Source of the DNA: an uncultured Gammaproteobacteria bacterium
GTDB taxonomy: Bacteria > Pseudomonadota > Gammaproteobacteria > Competibacterales > Competibacteraceae
DNA: 64,000 nucleotides
Reading direction: 5' to 3'
Assembly: GCA_963713445.1 (NCBI GenBank)
Contig: CAVQMB010000024.1
Coordinates: forward strand, 26,985-90,984
The first letter of the stretch is position 1. Every line of letters starts with the position of its first letter. The notes under the pieces are model-generated. The model did no database searches. It saw only the letters and a program-made list of their open reading frames with translations, and was not told the origin of the DNA. Position numbers and translations under genes: made by a program. Of the stretch, positions 48,033-60,118 are shown piece by piece.

Positions 48033-49325
48033 TCAGGCAGCCAATGGCCGGGCGCCTTCGACCATGCTGCGGCCGTGCTCGATGTAGTACTCGAACTCAT
48101 GGCGGTAATGCTTGAGGAAGCTGCGTACCGGCATTGCCGCCGCATCACCCAGCGCACATATAGTGCGGCCTTCGATACGCCGGGCGGCATCATCCAGCGT
48201 CTGCAGATCCTCCATCCGACCCTTGCCCTCGACGACACGGGTCAGCATTCGGTAAAGCCAACCGGTGCCTTCACGGCACGGTGTGCACTGGCCACAGGAC
48301 TCGGAATAATAGAACCGGGAAATGCGACGCAGCATCTGCACCATGTCGGTGGTGTCGTCCATTATCACCACAGCGCCGGAACCCAACAGCGAACCAGCCT
48401 TGGAAACGCTGTCGTAATCCATATTGGCTTTGAGCATCAGCTCGCCCGGCAGCACCGGCACTGATGAACCACCGGGAATCACCGCTTTTAGCGGGCGTCC
48501 TTTCCAGACACCACCCGCGAGACTCAGCAACTCCTTGAACGGGATACCCAAACCGACCTCAAAATTGCCAGGATTCTCGACATGCCCCGACACTGAAAAG
48601 ATCTTGGTTCCGCCGGCACTTTCGATACCCAGGTTCTTAAACCACGCAGCTCCCTTGCGCAGAATGGTCGGCACCGACGCCAGCGTCTCGGTGTTGTTGA
48701 TCGTAGTGGGTTTGCCGTACAGGCCGAAATTGGCCGGAAACGGGGGCTTGAACCGCGGTTTGCCAGGCTTCCCCTCAAGCGATTCGAGCAGGCCGGTCTC
48801 CTCGCCACAGATATACGCGCCGGCGCCCAGCGAGCTATGCAATTCAAAGCTGATACCGCTGCCGTTGATGTTCTGACCCAGCAGACCGGACTCGTAGGCC
48901 TCGCCCAAGGCCTGCTCGAAACGCTGGAAGGGGACATCCAGCCATTCCCCACGCATATAGTTATAGCCCACGGTGGCCCCCATGGCGAAACCCGCGATAG
49001 CCATACCCTCGACCAGAGCATGGGGGTTATAGCGCAGAATGTCGCGGTCCTTGCAGGTACCGGGCTCGGACTCGTCAGAATTGCAGACAAGATACTTCTG
49101 GACTGGCTTCTGGCGCGGCATGAAGCTCCATTTAATGCCGGTCGGGAAACCCGCACCGCCGCGTCCCCGCAGTCCGGACGCCTTAACCTCGCCGATAACC
49201 TGCTCCGGCGTCATCTCGCCCGCGAGGATCCTTTTCCAGGCCTGATAACCACCGATCTTCTGGTAGGTCGCCAGCGACCACGGCTGATCATGACCCAGGG
49301 TGGCGTAGCAGACTTCGTTGGCCAT
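48033..49325 (-). CDS. nuoF: NADH-quinone oxidoreductase subunit F
   Basis: 430 aa. [20 protein letters not shown] site and [12 protein letters not shown] 4Fe-4S site. Confidence 0.96.
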   Translation of the reverse strand: MANEVCYATLGHDQPWSLATYQKIGGYQAWKRILAGEMTPEQVIGEVKASGLRGRGGAGFPTGIKWSFMPRQKPVQKYLVCNSDESEPGTCKDRDILRYNPHALVEGMAIAGFAMGATVGYNYMRGEWLDVPFQRFEQALGEAYESGLLGQNINGSGISFELHSSLGAGAYICGEETGLLESLEGKPGKPRFKPPFPANFGLYGKPTTINNTETLASVPTILRKGAAWFKNLGIESAGGTKIFSVSGHVENPGNFEVGLGIPFKELLSLAGGVWKGRPLKAVIPGGSSVPVLPGELMLKANMDYDSVSKAGSLLGSGAVVIMDDTTDMVQMLRRISRFYYSESCGQCTPCREGTGWLYRMLTRVVEGKGRMEDLQTLDDAARRIEGRTICALGDAAAMPVRSFLKHYRHEFEYYIEHGRSMVEGARPLAA

Positions 49326-49328
49326 CGC

Positions 49329-49829
49329 TTACTCCAGGTTGTCCAGAATTTCGTCGACCTTCTCAGGCGTCAGATTTTCGTAGTAAACATGGTCGAGCTG
49401 CATCATCGGTGCCGAGGCACAGGCCGCCAGACATTCTTCCTCCTCTTTCAGAAAGAATTTGCCATCGGACGTGCTCTCACCGGTCTTGATGCCGAGCTTA
49501 TTTTCGATGTAGCGACGGATCTCGTAGCCGCCACGCAACATGCAGGAGATATTGGTGCAGACCGAGATGCTATGACGGCCAACCGGCCGGGTTTCCAGCA
49601 TGGAATAGAAGGTGCCGACCTCGTACACCGCGATCGGCGGCAATTCCAGATACTCAGCGACGGCATCCATCAGTTCGGTGGTCAGGTAGCCCCCATTGTC
49701 GTGCTGCACCACCCGTAGTGCCGACAGCACGGCAGAACGCTTCTGATCCGGCGGATACTTCGCCAGCCAGTGATCGATTTCCGCGCGGGCGTGCTCGGAA
49801 AGCACGTTCTTGCTGTCCACATCACTCAT
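49329..49829 (-). CDS. nuoE: NADH-quinone oxidoreductase subunit E
   Basis: 166 aa, thioredoxin-like 2Fe-2S subunit (VCTNISCMLRG ... CLAACASAP). Confidence 0.95.
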   Translation of the reverse strand: MSDVDSKNVLSEHARAEIDHWLAKYPPDQKRSAVLSALRVVQHDNGGYLTTELMDAVAEYLELPPIAVYEVGTFYSMLETRPVGRHSISVCTNISCMLRGGYEIRRYIENKLGIKTGESTSDGKFFLKEEEECLAACASAPMMQLDHVYYENLTPEKVDEILDNLE

Positions 49830-51082
49830 CAGCGATCGATCTCCCCGAACACAATATCCTGGGTTCCGATGATGGCCACCACGTCGGCCAACATATGACC
49901 CTGGGCCATCTCATTCATCGCGGCCAGATGGGCGAAACCGGGGGCGCGCACCTTGACCCGGTAAGGCTTGTTAGCACCGTCGGAAATCAAGTAAACGCCG
50001 TACTCGCCCTTAGGGTGCTCGATGGCCGCGTATACCTCGCCTTCCGGCACGCAATAACCTTCGGTGAACAGCTTGAAGTGGTTGATCAGGCCCTCCATGT
50101 CGCGCTTCATGACCTCGCGACGCGGTGGATTGACCTTAGGGTCGTTCAACAACACCGGCCCGGCATTGTTCCGCAGCCAGTCGACGCACTGCCGGATAAT
50201 GCGGTTGGACTGGCGCATCTCTTCGATCCGTACCAGGTAGCGATCATAGCAGTCGCCGTTGGCGCCGACCGGGATGTCAAAGTCGACCCGATCGTACACT
50301 TCGTAGGGCTGCTTCTTGCGTAGATCCCACTCGATGCCGGAACCACGCAGCATGGGGCCGGAAAAGCCCAGTTGCAGCGCCCGCTCCGGACTGACCACAC
50401 CGATCCCGACAGTGCGCTGCTTCCAGATGCGGTTCTCGGTCAGCAGTGTCTCGTATTCGTCCACCCGCTGTGGGAACCGCTCGCTGAAGGCCTCGATAAA
50501 ATCGAGCAGCGATCCCTGCCGGTCCCGGTTGATCTCGGCGATTTCACGCTCATCGCGATACTGCGATGGCTGATAGCGCGGCATGCTGTCCGGCAGATCG
50601 CGGTGGACCCCGCCCGGGCGATAATAGGTTGCGTGCATACGCGCCCCGGACACCGCCTCGTAGACGTCCATAAGGTCCTCGCGCTCACGAAACGCATACA
50701 GGAACACGGTCATGGCCCCGATGTCGAGCGCGTGCGAACCGATCCACATTAGGTGGTTCAAGATGCGGGTGATCTCATCGAACAGCACCCGAATGTACTG
50801 TGCCCGCAGCGGCGGCTCGATACCCAGCAGTTTCTCGATGGCCAGCACGTAGCCGTGTTCATTGCACATCATCGAAACGTAATCGAGCCGGTCCATGTAG
50901 CCGATGGTCTGATTGAACGGCTTGCTCTCGGCGAGTTTTTCGGTGCCGCGGTGGAGCAACCCGATATGGGGATCAGCCCGCTGGATCACCTCACCGTCCA
51001 TTTCCAATACCAGGCGCAGTACGCCATGGGCCGCCGGGTGCTGAGGACCAAAATTAAGCGTGTAGTTGCGAATTTCAGGCAT
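49829..51082 (-). CDS. nuoD: NADH-quinone oxidoreductase subunit D
   Basis: 417 aa. [15 protein letters not shown] signature. Separate from nuoC, unlike the fused E. coli gene. Confidence 0.96.
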   Translation of the reverse strand: MPEIRNYTLNFGPQHPAAHGVLRLVLEMDGEVIQRADPHIGLLHRGTEKLAESKPFNQTIGYMDRLDYVSMMCNEHGYVLAIEKLLGIEPPLRAQYIRVLFDEITRILNHLMWIGSHALDIGAMTVFLYAFREREDLMDVYEAVSGARMHATYYRPGGVHRDLPDSMPRYQPSQYRDEREIAEINRDRQGSLLDFIEAFSERFPQRVDEYETLLTENRIWKQRTVGIGVVSPERALQLGFSGPMLRGSGIEWDLRKKQPYEVYDRVDFDIPVGANGDCYDRYLVRIEEMRQSNRIIRQCVDWLRNNAGPVLLNDPKVNPPRREVMKRDMEGLINHFKLFTEGYCVPEGEVYAAIEHPKGEYGVYLISDGANKPYRVKVRAPGFAHLAAMNEMAQGHMLADVVAIIGTQDIVFGEIDR

Positions 51083-51803
51083 TTCCGGCGCCCTCCTCCT
51101 GATCGCTTCCCAGATAGCGGAAATCGTCGCGGATTACGCGCGGCACCAGTGCCCTGGCCTCGATGCTGACCGGCTGGTACACCACCCGGCCTTGTTCCGG
51201 GTCGTAACGCATTTCGACATTGCCAATCAGAGGGAAGTCCTTGCGGAAGGGATGACCGACAAAGCCGTAATCAGTCAGAATCCGACGCAGATCGGGATGC
51301 CCTTCGAACACGATGCCAAACAGATCGAACGCCTCACGTTCGTACCAGGTGGCAGAATTCCAGATGTCGACGACTGAAGGCACCACCGGCAGCTCATCAT
51401 CGGGGGCATACACCCTGACCCGGAGACGCTGGTTGCGGGCGATTGACTGAAGCTGATATACAGCGGCGAAACGGCGCGCGCGGTCGGCCTCTTCGCCCAG
51501 TCGGCGGACCACGTCGCCGGCACGGCCACTGGTCGTTGGTTCAACCGCCCGACTGAATCCGGTGAACGTGGTTGTCTCGGTCGCCCACTCGATCTTGCCA
51601 TAGGCAGCGTAATCGACACCGGCAACATCCATCAACTGCTCGAAGTCGAACTCGGCTTCGTCGCGCAGCGCAGTCAAAACCTCGAGCGCTCGATCAGCCG
51701 GGACTTCCACCGTCACCTGGCCACGGTCCAGGGTGCTGGCCGCGAGGGCTTCGCCGAAGCGTTCACGCAACTGCTCTAGCAGCGACTCGACTGATTGACT
51801 CAT
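51075..51803 (-). CDS. nuoC: NADH-quinone oxidoreductase subunit C
   Basis: Start moved to [12 protein letters not shown] (ATG 51803, 10 nt after the nuoB stop). 30-kDa subunit motif [21 protein letters not shown]. Confidence 0.92.
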   Translation of the reverse strand: MSQSVESLLEQLRERFGEALAASTLDRGQVTVEVPADRALEVLTALRDEAEFDFEQLMDVAGVDYAAYGKIEWATETTTFTGFSRAVEPTTSGRAGDVVRRLGEEADRARRFAAVYQLQSIARNQRLRVRVYAPDDELPVVPSVVDIWNSATWYEREAFDLFGIVFEGHPDLRRILTDYGFVGHPFRKDFPLIGNVEMRYDPEQGRVVYQPVSIEARALVPRVIRDDFRYLGSDQEEGAGNA

Positions 51804-51813
51804 GTCGCTCACC

Positions 51814-52290
51814 TCAGCGGGCAATAGTGTTGGTGCGCCGGATCTTGTTCTGCAACTGTATGATGCCGTACAGCAGGGCTTCTGCGGTTGGCGGACACCC
51901 TGGCACGTAAATATCCACCGGCACAATACGGTCGCAGCCACGCACCACCGAGTATGAATAGTGGTAGTAACCGCCGCCGTTGGCGCAGGAACCCATCGAA
52001 ATCACCCAACGCGGCTCGGCCATCTGATCGTATACCTTGCGCAACGCCGGGGCCATTTTGTTAACCAAGGTGCCGGCCACAATCATGACATCTGACTGTC
52101 GTGGGCTGGGCCGGAATACCACGCCGAATCGGTCCAGATCATAGCGGGCGGCCCCGGCATGCATCATCTCGACCGCACAGCAGGCCAACCCGAAGGTCAT
52201 TGGCCACATCGAGCCGGTTCGGGCCCAGTTGATCAACTTGTCCGCTGTCGTGGTGACAACGCCTTTTTCCAGGATGCCCTCTATTCCCAT
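51814..52290 (-). CDS. nuoB: NADH-quinone oxidoreductase subunit B
   Basis: 158 aa. [20 protein letters not shown] and VPGCPP motifs (N2 cluster ligands). Confidence 0.96.
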   Translation of the reverse strand: MGIEGILEKGVVTTTADKLINWARTGSMWPMTFGLACCAVEMMHAGAARYDLDRFGVVFRPSPRQSDVMIVAGTLVNKMAPALRKVYDQMAEPRWVISMGSCANGGGYYHYSYSVVRGCDRIVPVDIYVPGCPPTAEALLYGIIQLQNKIRRTNTIAR

Positions 52291-52637
52291 TCCAGCGCCC
52301 CCTTATTCCACTCATAAATAAACCCGACCACCAGTATGCCCAGGAACAGAGCCATGGCCAGGAACCCGAACAAGCCGATATGTTTCAGCGAGACCGCCCA
52401 GGGGAAGAGGAAGGCTATTTCCAGGTCGAAAATAATAAAGAGGATAGCGACCAGGTAATAACGGACGTCGAATTTCATACGCGAATCTTCGAAGGCTTCG
52501 AAGCCGCACTCGTACGGTGAGAGTTTTTCGTTGTCGGGCCGACTTGGTGACAGTGCGAAGCCAACAGTAAGCAGTATAAATCCCACTGCGACAGCAATAA
52601 CCACGAAAATCAGCACAGGAAGATAATTCTCAAGCAT
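52281..52637 (-). CDS. nuoA: NADH-quinone oxidoreductase subunit A
   Basis: 118 aa, ND3-like (YECGFEAF). Confidence 0.95.
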   Translation of the reverse strand: MLENYLPVLIFVVIAVAVGFILLTVGFALSPSRPDNEKLSPYECGFEAFEDSRMKFDVRYYLVAILFIIFDLEIAFLFPWAVSLKHIGLFGFLAMALFLGILVVGFIYEWNKGALEWE

Positions 52638-52817
52638 AACCAGGCTCTCTCAAAGCGTCAGCGCGATGACACCTGCCGCTGACGGCAGGCGCCTGGGAAC
52701 AACCGCGCGGATCAGGCAAACACGCTGAGGAACGTTGCGATGCCATTCTATTGCACCGCACCATCACCCCATGTGACAGCATGTGACTTGCTGCTATTCC
52801 TTATTACATCCACGCCG

Positions 52818-52839
52818 CAAAGCACTATCCAGTGCTTTG
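52818..52839 (-). terminator. hairpin just downstream of tRNA-Leu
   Basis: Minus strand: CAAAGCAC-tggata-GTGCTTTG, an 8-bp stem 6 nt after the tRNA 3' end with no U-tract. Confidence 0.35.
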
Positions 52840-52845
52840 GAAATT

Positions 52846-52930
52846 TGGTGCCGATGGCCGGACTCGAACCGGCACGGCTTACGCCACTACCCCCTCAAGA
52901 TAGCGTGTCTACCAGTTCCACCACATCGGC
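52846..52930 (-). tRNA. leuU: tRNA-Leu (anticodon GAG)
   Basis: 85 nt. Acceptor GCCGATG/CATCGGC, anticodon stem CTATC/GGTAG with loop TT-GAG-GG, 13-nt variable arm, T-arm GCCGG-TTCGAGT-CCGGC, encoded CCA. It follows secG as leuU does in E. coli. Confidence 0.93.
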
Positions 52931-52940
52931 AAAAACGACC

Positions 52941-53336
52941 TTACTGCTGCGGCACCTTGGGTACATCAGACGGTGCCTTCGCAGGCTGGGCTGGTGCAGC
53001 AGGTGTCGTCGGTTTCGCAGGCGCTGCACTCTTCTGCTCTTTAGGCGCGGTCTGCTGTGGGACCGGCGCAGAAGCACCGCCCTGAATTACGCTAGCCGGC
53101 CCTTGCGACTGCGTAGCAAAATAACCCAACACCATGCTGGTAATGAAAAAACCTGCAGCGAGGGCACCGGTGGTCCGGCTCATAAATGATGCCGAACCAC
53201 GCGCCCCGAAAACGGTCGCCGAGGCACCCCCACCGAAACCGCTACCTGCATCCGCGCCCTTGCCCTGTTGGATCAGGATGAGCCCAATCAGCGCGAGCGC
53301 GATAAGAATATGCAACACCAAAAATATTGTATGCAT
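52941..53336 (-). CDS. secG: preprotein translocase subunit SecG
   Basis: 131 aa. ILIQQGKGADAGSGFGGGASATVFGARG signature, with a Pro/Ala/Gln-rich tail. Confidence 0.93.
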   Translation of the reverse strand: MHTIFLVLHILIALALIGLILIQQGKGADAGSGFGGGASATVFGARGSASFMSRTTGALAAGFFITSMVLGYFATQSQGPASVIQGGASAPVPQQTAPKEQKSAAPAKPTTPAAPAQPAKAPSDVPKVPQQ

Positions 53337-53339
53337 GAA

Positions 53340-54125
53340 TTAAACGCTATGGCCGGCGGCCTGTGCAATAGCCAGAAATTCCGCCGCATTCAGCGACGCC
53401 CCACCGATCAGGCCGCCGTCGATATCCGGCATGGCAAAGAGCGCCGCCGCGTTTGCGGCTTTGACGCTGCCTCCATACAGAAGGCGTATCGAGCGCGCTA
53501 TTCTAACATCATGTTCTGCAATCATGCTACGAATGAATGCGTGAACTGATTGGACCTGCTCAGGGTTGGCGCTGCGGCCGGTGCCAATGGCCCACACCGG
53601 CTCGTAGGCAACGACAGCGCCGTCCAATCCCTCGACGCCTGTCGCTTCCAAGACCACAGCTAGCTGCCTGGCAATGACCTCTTCGGTCAGCGACTGTTGC
53701 CGCTCCGCCAGTGACTCCCCAACACACAGAATAGGCCGCAGCCCGGCTGCCCGCGCGGCGACAAACTTGCCCGCCACCACAGCATCGCTCTCACCGTACA
53801 ACGCGCGTCGTTCGGAATGCCCGACCAGCACATAGCGACAATCGAAATCGGCCAACATGGCGCCGGCCACTTCTCCGGTATAGGCGCCCTCCGCATGCTC
53901 CGATAAATTCTGCCCACCCCAGGCGACGGCGCTGCCAGCCAGTCGCGCCGCTGCCTCGGGCAGGTATACGTAGGGCGGCAACACCACCAGTTCAACGCCG
54001 CTCAGCGTGGCGGCACCGGCCCGCACATCATCCAGCAGCGCGCAGGCTCCGTTCAGCGTGCCATTCATCTTCCAGTTGCCAGCGACTAGAGGCTGTCTCA
54101 AGGGCGTCTCCTCCGCGTTGCTCAT
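53340..54125 (-). CDS. tpiA: triosephosphate isomerase
   Basis: 261 aa. [29 protein letters not shown] and LYGGSV motifs. Confidence 0.96.
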   Translation of the reverse strand: MSNAEETPLRQPLVAGNWKMNGTLNGACALLDDVRAGAATLSGVELVVLPPYVYLPEAAARLAGSAVAWGGQNLSEHAEGAYTGEVAGAMLADFDCRYVLVGHSERRALYGESDAVVAGKFVAARAAGLRPILCVGESLAERQQSLTEEVIARQLAVVLEATGVEGLDGAVVAYEPVWAIGTGRSANPEQVQSVHAFIRSMIAEHDVRIARSIRLLYGGSVKAANAAALFAMPDIDGGLIGGASLNAAEFLAIAQAAGHSV

Positions 54126-55465
54126 GCCGCTACCGCCTGAGCAACGATCGACGCCAGGTCTTCGGCCAGAGTAGTTACCAGGGCTGCATCATAACCCTCC
54201 ACCATCACCCGGATCACCGGCTCGGTTCCTGAGGGTCGCAGCAAAACCCGTCCCTGCGTTCCGAGTTGCCCCCGGATCTCGCGCAACGCCGTTTGAACCA
54301 GAACCGACTGGGCCAGATCGACATTGCGGGCAAACGGGACGTTCACCATATGCTGAGGATACTTCCGCATGCCCGTGCGCAGATCAGCCAGGCTACGGCC
54401 ACTCTGGCTGACGGCAGTCAGCACCTGCAGGGCCGCGATAACACCGTCACCTGTGGTGGTTTTATCAAGACAGATCAGATGGCCGCAGCTTTCCCCGCCC
54501 AGCAGCAAGCCGTCGGCCAACAGTCGCTCGAGAATATAGCGGTCACCGACTTTGACCCGCTGCAACCCGACCCCAAGCTGATCGAGTGCTAACTCCAGTC
54601 CCAGGTTACTCATCTGGGTGCCGACCACCGCTGCATGCCGTTCACCATTATCCAGTCGATGTCGGGTGATGACATACAGAAGTTCATCTCCATCGACCAG
54701 CGCACCGTGCTCGTCAACCATGATGACACGGTCGCCGTCGCCGTCAAAAGCAATGCCGAGATGGGCACGCTGCGCGACGACAGCAGCGGCCAGCGCCGCC
54801 GGCTGGGTGGAACCGCAATCAAGATTGATGTTGAATCCGTCCGGCTTCACGCCCAGCGGAATCACGTCCGCTCCAAGTTCAGCAAAAACATTCGGTGCTA
54901 TGTGATAGGTCGCGCCGTTGGCGCAATCCACTACCAGTCGCAAACCGTTTAGCGTCAGCTGACCCGGCACGGTGCTCTTGCAGAATTCGATATAGCGGCC
55001 GGCTGCATCCACGATCCGCTCGGCCTTGCCCAGTTCTGCCGCCGGCACCGTGGCCAACGGTTCAGCCAGCAAGCCTTCGATGCGGCTCTCAAGCGCGTCT
55101 TCCAGCTTGCTGCCGGCGTGGGAAAAGAACTTGAGGCCATTGTCGTAATACGGATTGTGTGAGGCGCTTATGACGATACCAGCGCTCGCGCGCAGCGTAC
55201 GGGTCAGATAGGCAATACCGGGAGTCGGCATGGGTCCCAGCAGGGCGATATCCAGGCCCGCGGCTGACAATCCAGCCTCCAACGCCGATTCAAACATATA
55301 GCCGGATATCCGGGTGTCCTTGCCGATGAGGACCTTGTTTCGGCCCCGCTGGCGCAGTGCACGACCGGCAGCCCACCCCAGGCGCAGCATGAAGTCAGGT
55401 GTGATCGGACTCTCACCGACCCGCCCGCGAATGCCATCCGTGCCGAAATAGCGTCGCTGCCCCAT
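54122..55465 (-). CDS. glmM: phosphoglucosamine mutase
   Basis: Start at [14 protein letters not shown] (ATG 55465). Active-site segment [12 protein letters not shown]. Confidence 0.95.
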   Translation of the reverse strand: MGQRRYFGTDGIRGRVGESPITPDFMLRLGWAAGRALRQRGRNKVLIGKDTRISGYMFESALEAGLSAAGLDIALLGPMPTPGIAYLTRTLRASAGIVISASHNPYYDNGLKFFSHAGSKLEDALESRIEGLLAEPLATVPAAELGKAERIVDAAGRYIEFCKSTVPGQLTLNGLRLVVDCANGATYHIAPNVFAELGADVIPLGVKPDGFNINLDCGSTQPAALAAAVVAQRAHLGIAFDGDGDRVIMVDEHGALVDGDELLYVITRHRLDNGERHAAVVGTQMSNLGLELALDQLGVGLQRVKVGDRYILERLLADGLLLGGESCGHLICLDKTTTGDGVIAALQVLTAVSQSGRSLADLRTGMRKYPQHMVNVPFARNVDLAQSVLVQTALREIRGQLGTQGRVLLRPSGTEPVIRVMVEGYDAALVTTLAEDLASIVAQAVAA

Positions 55466-55511
55466 ACTACCCCCAAAAGAAACCGCCCGCACCGGGCTCC
55501 AGCGGCAGCGT

Positions 55512-55549
55512 AAAAAAAAACACCTCCCCCTGCAAGCAGGAGGAAGTGT
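55512..55549 (-). terminator. strong Rho-independent terminator after ftsH
   Basis: Minus strand: ACACTTCCTCCTG-cttg-CAGGGGGAGGTGT, a 13-bp stem with two G-U pairs, followed by nine T residues. Confidence 0.85.
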
Positions 55550-55573
55550 CGCGCTGTTTGCGGTCTAGTGCGT

Positions 55574-57511
55574 TTAATGCTGTTCCGCCGGACCACCGAT
55601 GGTGCCGCCGTTGCTCTTGCCCTTGCTCAAATCGACGACCGGCGCTCCGGACGACGGCTTGGGCGGTTCGCTCTGGTCAGCGTTCCAGTCCTTGGGCTCA
55701 CGCGGCGGACGACCTTCCATGATGTCGCGAATCTGATCGGAATCGATTGTCTCGTACTTGATCAGCGCCTCGGCCATGGCGTGCAACTTGTCCAGATTGT
55801 CATGCAGAATCTGTTCGGAGCGCTGATAGTTGCGGTTGATGATCGATCGCACCTCCTGATCGATAGCGTGCGCAGTCTCGTCCGAAAGGCTCTTGTGACG
55901 CGTCACGGAACGACCCAGAAAGACCTCGTCGTCATCTTCACCATAGGCCAATGGTCCCATGCGCTCGGACAGGCCCCATTTGGTCACCATACTGCGTGCG
56001 ATCTGGGTGGCCCGCTCAATGTCGTTCTGGGCGCCAGTGGTCACCGCGTTGCCGCCAAAAATCATCGCCTCGGAAATACGCCCGCCGAACAGACTGGAAA
56101 TCTGACTTTCCAGATGTTCCTTGCTGTAGCTATAGCGATCCTCCTCCGGCAAAAACATCGTCACACCCAACGCCCGGCCGCGCGGAATAATGGTGACCTT
56201 GTGCACCGGATCGTGCGACGGCACCGACAACCCGACAACGGCATGGCCAGCCTCATGGTAAGCGGTGAGCTTTTTCTCGTCGTCCTTCATCACCATGGAC
56301 TTACGCTCGGCGCCCATCATGATCTTGTCCTTGGCCTGTTCAAAATCACCCATATCGACCAGTCGCTTGTTGAGCCGAGCGGCAAACAGCGCCGCCTCAT
56401 TCACCAGATTGGCCAGATCGGCGCCCGAGAAGCCCGGTGTACCACGAGCGATAATCGCCGGCTGGACATCATCCGACAATGGCACCTTGTGCATGTGCAC
56501 GGTCAGGATCTTCTCGCGGCCACGCACATCGGGCAGCGGCACCACGACCTGCCGGTCAAAACGCCCCGGGCGCAGCAACGCCGGATCGAGCACGTCAGGC
56601 CGGTTGGTAGCCGCTATAACGATAATGCCTTCATTACCCTCGAAACCGTCCATCTCCACTAACAACTGGTTCAGGGTCTGCTCACGCTCATCGTGACCGC
56701 CACCCAATCCGGCCCCGCGATGCCGGCCCACCGCATCAATCTCGTCGATGAAGATAATGCACGGCGCGTGCTTCTTGGCTTGCTCGAACATATCGCGCAC
56801 CCTGGAAGCACCCACGCCAACGAACATCTCCACGAAATCCGAGCCGGAAATAGTGAAGAACGGGACCTTGGCTTCGCCTGCGATAGCCTTGGCCAACAAC
56901 GTCTTGCCGGTACCCGGCGGGCCCACCATCAGCACGCCGCGCGGAATCCGACCGCCCAGTTTCTGGAACTTGCCAGGATCACGCAGAAAATCGACCAACT
57001 CGGACACATCGTCTTTGGCTTCCTCGACGCCAGCGACATCCTCGAAAGTGACCTTGACCTGGTCTTCGCTCATCATGCGAGCCCGGCTCTTGCCGAACGA
57101 CATCGCCCCGCGGCCACCGCCAGCGCCCTGCATTTGGCGCAGGAAGAATACCCAGATACCGATCAGTAGCAGCATGGGGAACCAGCTGATGAAGATCTGC
57201 ATCAGCAGCGATTCCTGTTTGGGCGGCTCACCCTTGATCTCGACGCCGTTATTCAACAACTCGCCGATCATGGCACTGTTGTCGGTTTCAGGACTGTACG
57301 TCGTAAAGTGCTCGCCACTGCTGGTGCGACCCTTGATTTCGCGACCATTGATGTCGACTCGCGCAACCTGGCCCTGTTTAACCTCAGCCAGAAACTGCGA
57401 GTACGGCAGCTGCGATGCCGATGTGGTCCGGGGGCCAAAGCTGTTGAAGACAGACATCAACACCACAGCAATGACGACCCAGAGGAGAATGTTTTTTACC
57501 ATATCATTCAA
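55574..57511 (-). CDS. ftsH: ATP-dependent zinc metalloprotease FtsH
   Basis: AAA+ Walker [14 protein letters not shown], zinc site HEAGHA, two N-terminal TM segments. Start is ambiguous: TTG 57511 gives (M)[10 protein letters not shown] with GAGG 8 nt upstream. ATG 57502 and GTG 57520 are alternatives. Confidence 0.95.
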   Translation of the reverse strand: MNDMVKNILLWVVIAVVLMSVFNSFGPRTTSASQLPYSQFLAEVKQGQVARVDINGREIKGRTSSGEHFTTYSPETDNSAMIGELLNNGVEIKGEPPKQESLLMQIFISWFPMLLLIGIWVFFLRQMQGAGGGRGAMSFGKSRARMMSEDQVKVTFEDVAGVEEAKDDVSELVDFLRDPGKFQKLGGRIPRGVLMVGPPGTGKTLLAKAIAGEAKVPFFTISGSDFVEMFVGVGASRVRDMFEQAKKHAPCIIFIDEIDAVGRHRGAGLGGGHDEREQTLNQLLVEMDGFEGNEGIIVIAATNRPDVLDPALLRPGRFDRQVVVPLPDVRGREKILTVHMHKVPLSDDVQPAIIARGTPGFSGADLANLVNEAALFAARLNKRLVDMGDFEQAKDKIMMGAERKSMVMKDDEKKLTAYHEAGHAVVGLSVPSHDPVHKVTIIPRGRALGVTMFLPEEDRYSYSKEHLESQISSLFGGRISEAMIFGGNAVTTGAQNDIERATQIARSMVTKWGLSERMGPLAYGEDDDEVFLGRSVTRHKSLSDETAHAIDQEVRSIINRNYQRSEQILHDNLDKLHAMAEALIKYETIDSDQIRDIMEGRPPREPKDWNADQSEPPKPSSGAPVVDLSKGKSNGGTIGGPAEQH

Positions 57512-57604
57512 GGCAAGCACCTCTAGCGTCCGGCAACCCGAAACGCTCCATTAAGCGACTATTCGGGCACAGTTTATCAGTAAACAAACGCTTAAAATTA
57601 GACT

Positions 57605-58276
57605 TTAGCGGGGGGCATAGTTCCGAGCCACCAGATAAAGCTCAGAACTGCGGGCACGGGAGGCCCTGGGTTTTCGCACCCGAGTCGAGCCAAAGCTGGC
57701 GCGCAAATCGGCGAGCAGTGCATCGAACCCCTCGCCTTGAAAGACCTTGATCAACACATCCCCTCCCGGACGCAGGCAGCGCTGGGCAAAATCCAGTGCC
57801 AGCTCGGCTAAGTACATGACACGCGGCTGATCGACAGCCTTCACGCCACTGGTGTTGGGGGCCATATCGGAAATTACAAGGTCCACCGCCCGGCCGGCTA
57901 GCCGCGTCATCATTTCGTCCAGCACTTCCGTTTCCCGAAAGTCACCCTGCAGCAGAGACGCGCCCGGAATCGGTTCCATCGGCAGAACATCGAGCCCGAT
58001 CACGGTGCCACTGGCGCCGACCCGCTGACCGCAATACTGGGTCCACCCGCCGGGCGCGGCGCCTAAGTCAACCACGGTCGTGCCCGGGTGCAGAAGCCGC
58101 TCTTTGGCGTCGATTTCGGACAATTTGTACACCGCCCGCGAACGGAAACCCTCCCGCTGGGCCCGGCGCACGTACTCATCATCGAAATGCTCCTTGAGCC
58201 AGCGCGCACTGCTGGCCCGCCGACTACCCGCCACAGCCACTGCGCCCTGCACCGAACGGCCTGTAATCCAACCCAA
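57605..58276 (-). CDS. rlmE: 23S rRNA (uridine2552-2'-O)-methyltransferase RlmE/FtsJ
   Basis: [31 protein letters not shown] and [14 protein letters not shown] motifs. The exact start is uncertain (TTG 58276 or an internal GTG). Confidence 0.9.
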   Translation of the reverse strand: MGWITGRSVQGAVAVAGSRRASSARWLKEHFDDEYVRRAQREGFRSRAVYKLSEIDAKERLLHPGTTVVDLGAAPGGWTQYCGQRVGASGTVIGLDVLPMEPIPGASLLQGDFRETEVLDEMMTRLAGRAVDLVISDMAPNTSGVKAVDQPRVMYLAELALDFAQRCLRPGGDVLIKVFQGEGFDALLADLRASFGSTRVRKPRASRARSSELYLVARNYAPR

Positions 58277-58389
58277 TCTTCCTCACCACGTATCCCTCAG
58301 GACTTGGTATCATCCGTACAATTACTGCCGCGGAAGACCGCCGTCACTCCGCGTCACTCTGTTCACACCGCCGTGCATTACGTAATAGC

Positions 58390-58681
58390 GATGCTCACCA
58401 ATCGTCAGAAACGTCACCTGCAAGCGCTTGCCCATGACCGCAAGCCGGTCATTATCGTGGGCGCCAACGGTCTCAACGAAGCCGTCATGGACGAGATGGA
58501 ACGCGCGCTCAGCCATCATGAGCTGATCAAGATCAGGATCAACGCTGCGGATCGTGAGGCGCGGGCTGCCATGATAACCCAGATCGGCCAAACCCTCGAT
58601 GCCGACGTGGTCCAGCGTGTGGGGCACGTTGCCACTTTGTTCCGGCGCAATCGCGAGGCCAGCCGGATTCAACTACCCTAA
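58390..58681 (+). CDS. yhbY: CRM-domain RNA-binding protein YhbY
   Basis: Start at MLTNRQKRHLQALAHDRKPVIIVGANGL (ATG 58390). Divergent from rlmE as in E. coli. Confidence 0.88.
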
Positions 58682-59743
58682 GTTGCCGTCGCGTCGGCGC
58701 CGATAAAGATAAGCGGTGACTTCCTGGCGGTCATGATACAACTGGCGCAGCCGTAGCTCACCGGCAGCGTCTCCCGATCCCTCAACAAGCAGCCGGCGGC
58801 ATAGCTGGACTTCCTGATAGCGCTTTTTCATTGGCAGTTTGAGGTTGAAGACTGCCTGCCGGCAAAGCCCGGCAGCGAACCAGGCCACCATCAGGGCCGC
58901 GATCCGGCGCGGTTGTTCGACCATGTCGCACAACAACCAGTCAACCGGCTGCGATGGCCGGTAGCGAAAACCATCCGCCTGGACATGCTTAACGCGGCCG
59001 CTCGCCATGACGCTTTCCGCCAGCGCCGCATTATCCACCGCGACCACGGTGAGTCCGCGCTGTGCCATCTGCCAACTCCAGCCACCCGGCGCGGCACCGA
59101 GATCAACCACCGTCATACCGGGGCGCAAGCGTCGGGCGCACTGCGCCGGTGTCAGCAGTGTCACCAAGGCCTCCTCCAGCTTAAGTGTCGCCCGGCTGGG
59201 AGCGGCACGAGACAACCTGAGCCGCGTGATGCCATTAGGCCACGGTGAGTTATTGCCAGGTGTCGATAAACCGAGCACCGCGTTGGTCGACGCTGGCAGG
59301 AACACATGCAGAATCCGCAGGCCGGCGGTGCCAGGCCGGTAGCCGTCGGACGCTGTCAGCCGCTGTTCCAGCAACCGCTGCAGCGTGCGCGCCAGTGGCG
59401 ACAAGGCTTTGCCGGCGTTGGTGTCCGGATACTCCAGCCGCAGCTCGCTGAACTGCCAGCGCTGAGACCGCACTGCAGCCATCAAAGGCGTTAACCGGTC
59501 GCGCGGGTCAAGCGCACCGAGCACGATCGGCTGGCCGATCAGCTGCCGGGCAAACACGAGTTCGGAGAAACGCAATGACGCCAGGCTGGCGCAGCCCTCA
59601 TAGCCTTCGAACAGCACCCAGCCGCTGTCCAGTCGACTGCGGCAGTAGCCATGGCAACCCAGGGCGAGCGCCTGGTTCTGGATCTCACTGGCGCATTCCT
59701 TCTCGAAGCCGGCCCGGCAATAAAGCAGCAACCATCCCGCCAT
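58673..59743 (-). CDS. rlmM: 23S rRNA (cytidine2498-2'-O)-methyltransferase RlmM
   Basis: 356 aa. LLLYCRAGFEKECASEI is a THUMP-like N-terminus, and [14 protein letters not shown] is a SAM-binding motif. Confidence 0.8.
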   Translation of the reverse strand: MAGWLLLYCRAGFEKECASEIQNQALALGCHGYCRSRLDSGWVLFEGYEGCASLASLRFSELVFARQLIGQPIVLGALDPRDRLTPLMAAVRSQRWQFSELRLEYPDTNAGKALSPLARTLQRLLEQRLTASDGYRPGTAGLRILHVFLPASTNAVLGLSTPGNNSPWPNGITRLRLSRAAPSRATLKLEEALVTLLTPAQCARRLRPGMTVVDLGAAPGGWSWQMAQRGLTVVAVDNAALAESVMASGRVKHVQADGFRYRPSQPVDWLLCDMVEQPRRIAALMVAWFAAGLCRQAVFNLKLPMKKRYQEVQLCRRLLVEGSGDAAGELRLRQLYHDRQEVTAYLYRRRRDGNLG

Positions 59744-59749
59744 CGGCAG

Positions 59750-60085
59750 TCAGCAACCAGAGCATGGCGGACCGATCACCGCCACACTGTTCTTGATCAC
59801 CCAGCGATGATTGCGGCGTTCGGCGACCGCCCGAATCTCGCTAACCGGATCACCCTCCACCACCAGCAAATCGGCATGGCAGCCCTCGGCAATTCGACCG
59901 CGCTCATCCAATCGCATCAACCCGGCAGCATTGCCGGTGCTGATGGTCAGAGCATCGATCGGCTTGATACCCACCTCGACCATATATTCGAGCTCGCGCG
60001 CGTTCTCACCGTGGTGATCCAGCATCCGGCCCTGACCATTGAACACCCGGCCACCCGCGTAAAGTGTCGCCATGACTCTCGTCAT
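59750..60085 (-). pseudogene. amidohydrolase-family remnant (short N-terminal piece fused to the C-terminal ~85 aa; catalytic core missing)
   Basis: The 111-aa ORF reads ATLYAGGRVFNGQG, an N-terminal beta-sandwich type segment. This is followed directly by HGENARELEYMVEVGIKPIDALTISTGNAAGLMRLDERGRIAEGCHADLLVVEGDP, a C-terminal amidohydrolase signature. Normal family members are about 400 aa. Confidence 0.55.
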
Positions 60086-60118
60086 CCCTCGTTCAGCAAA
60101 CCAAATCCGGTACCGTCG

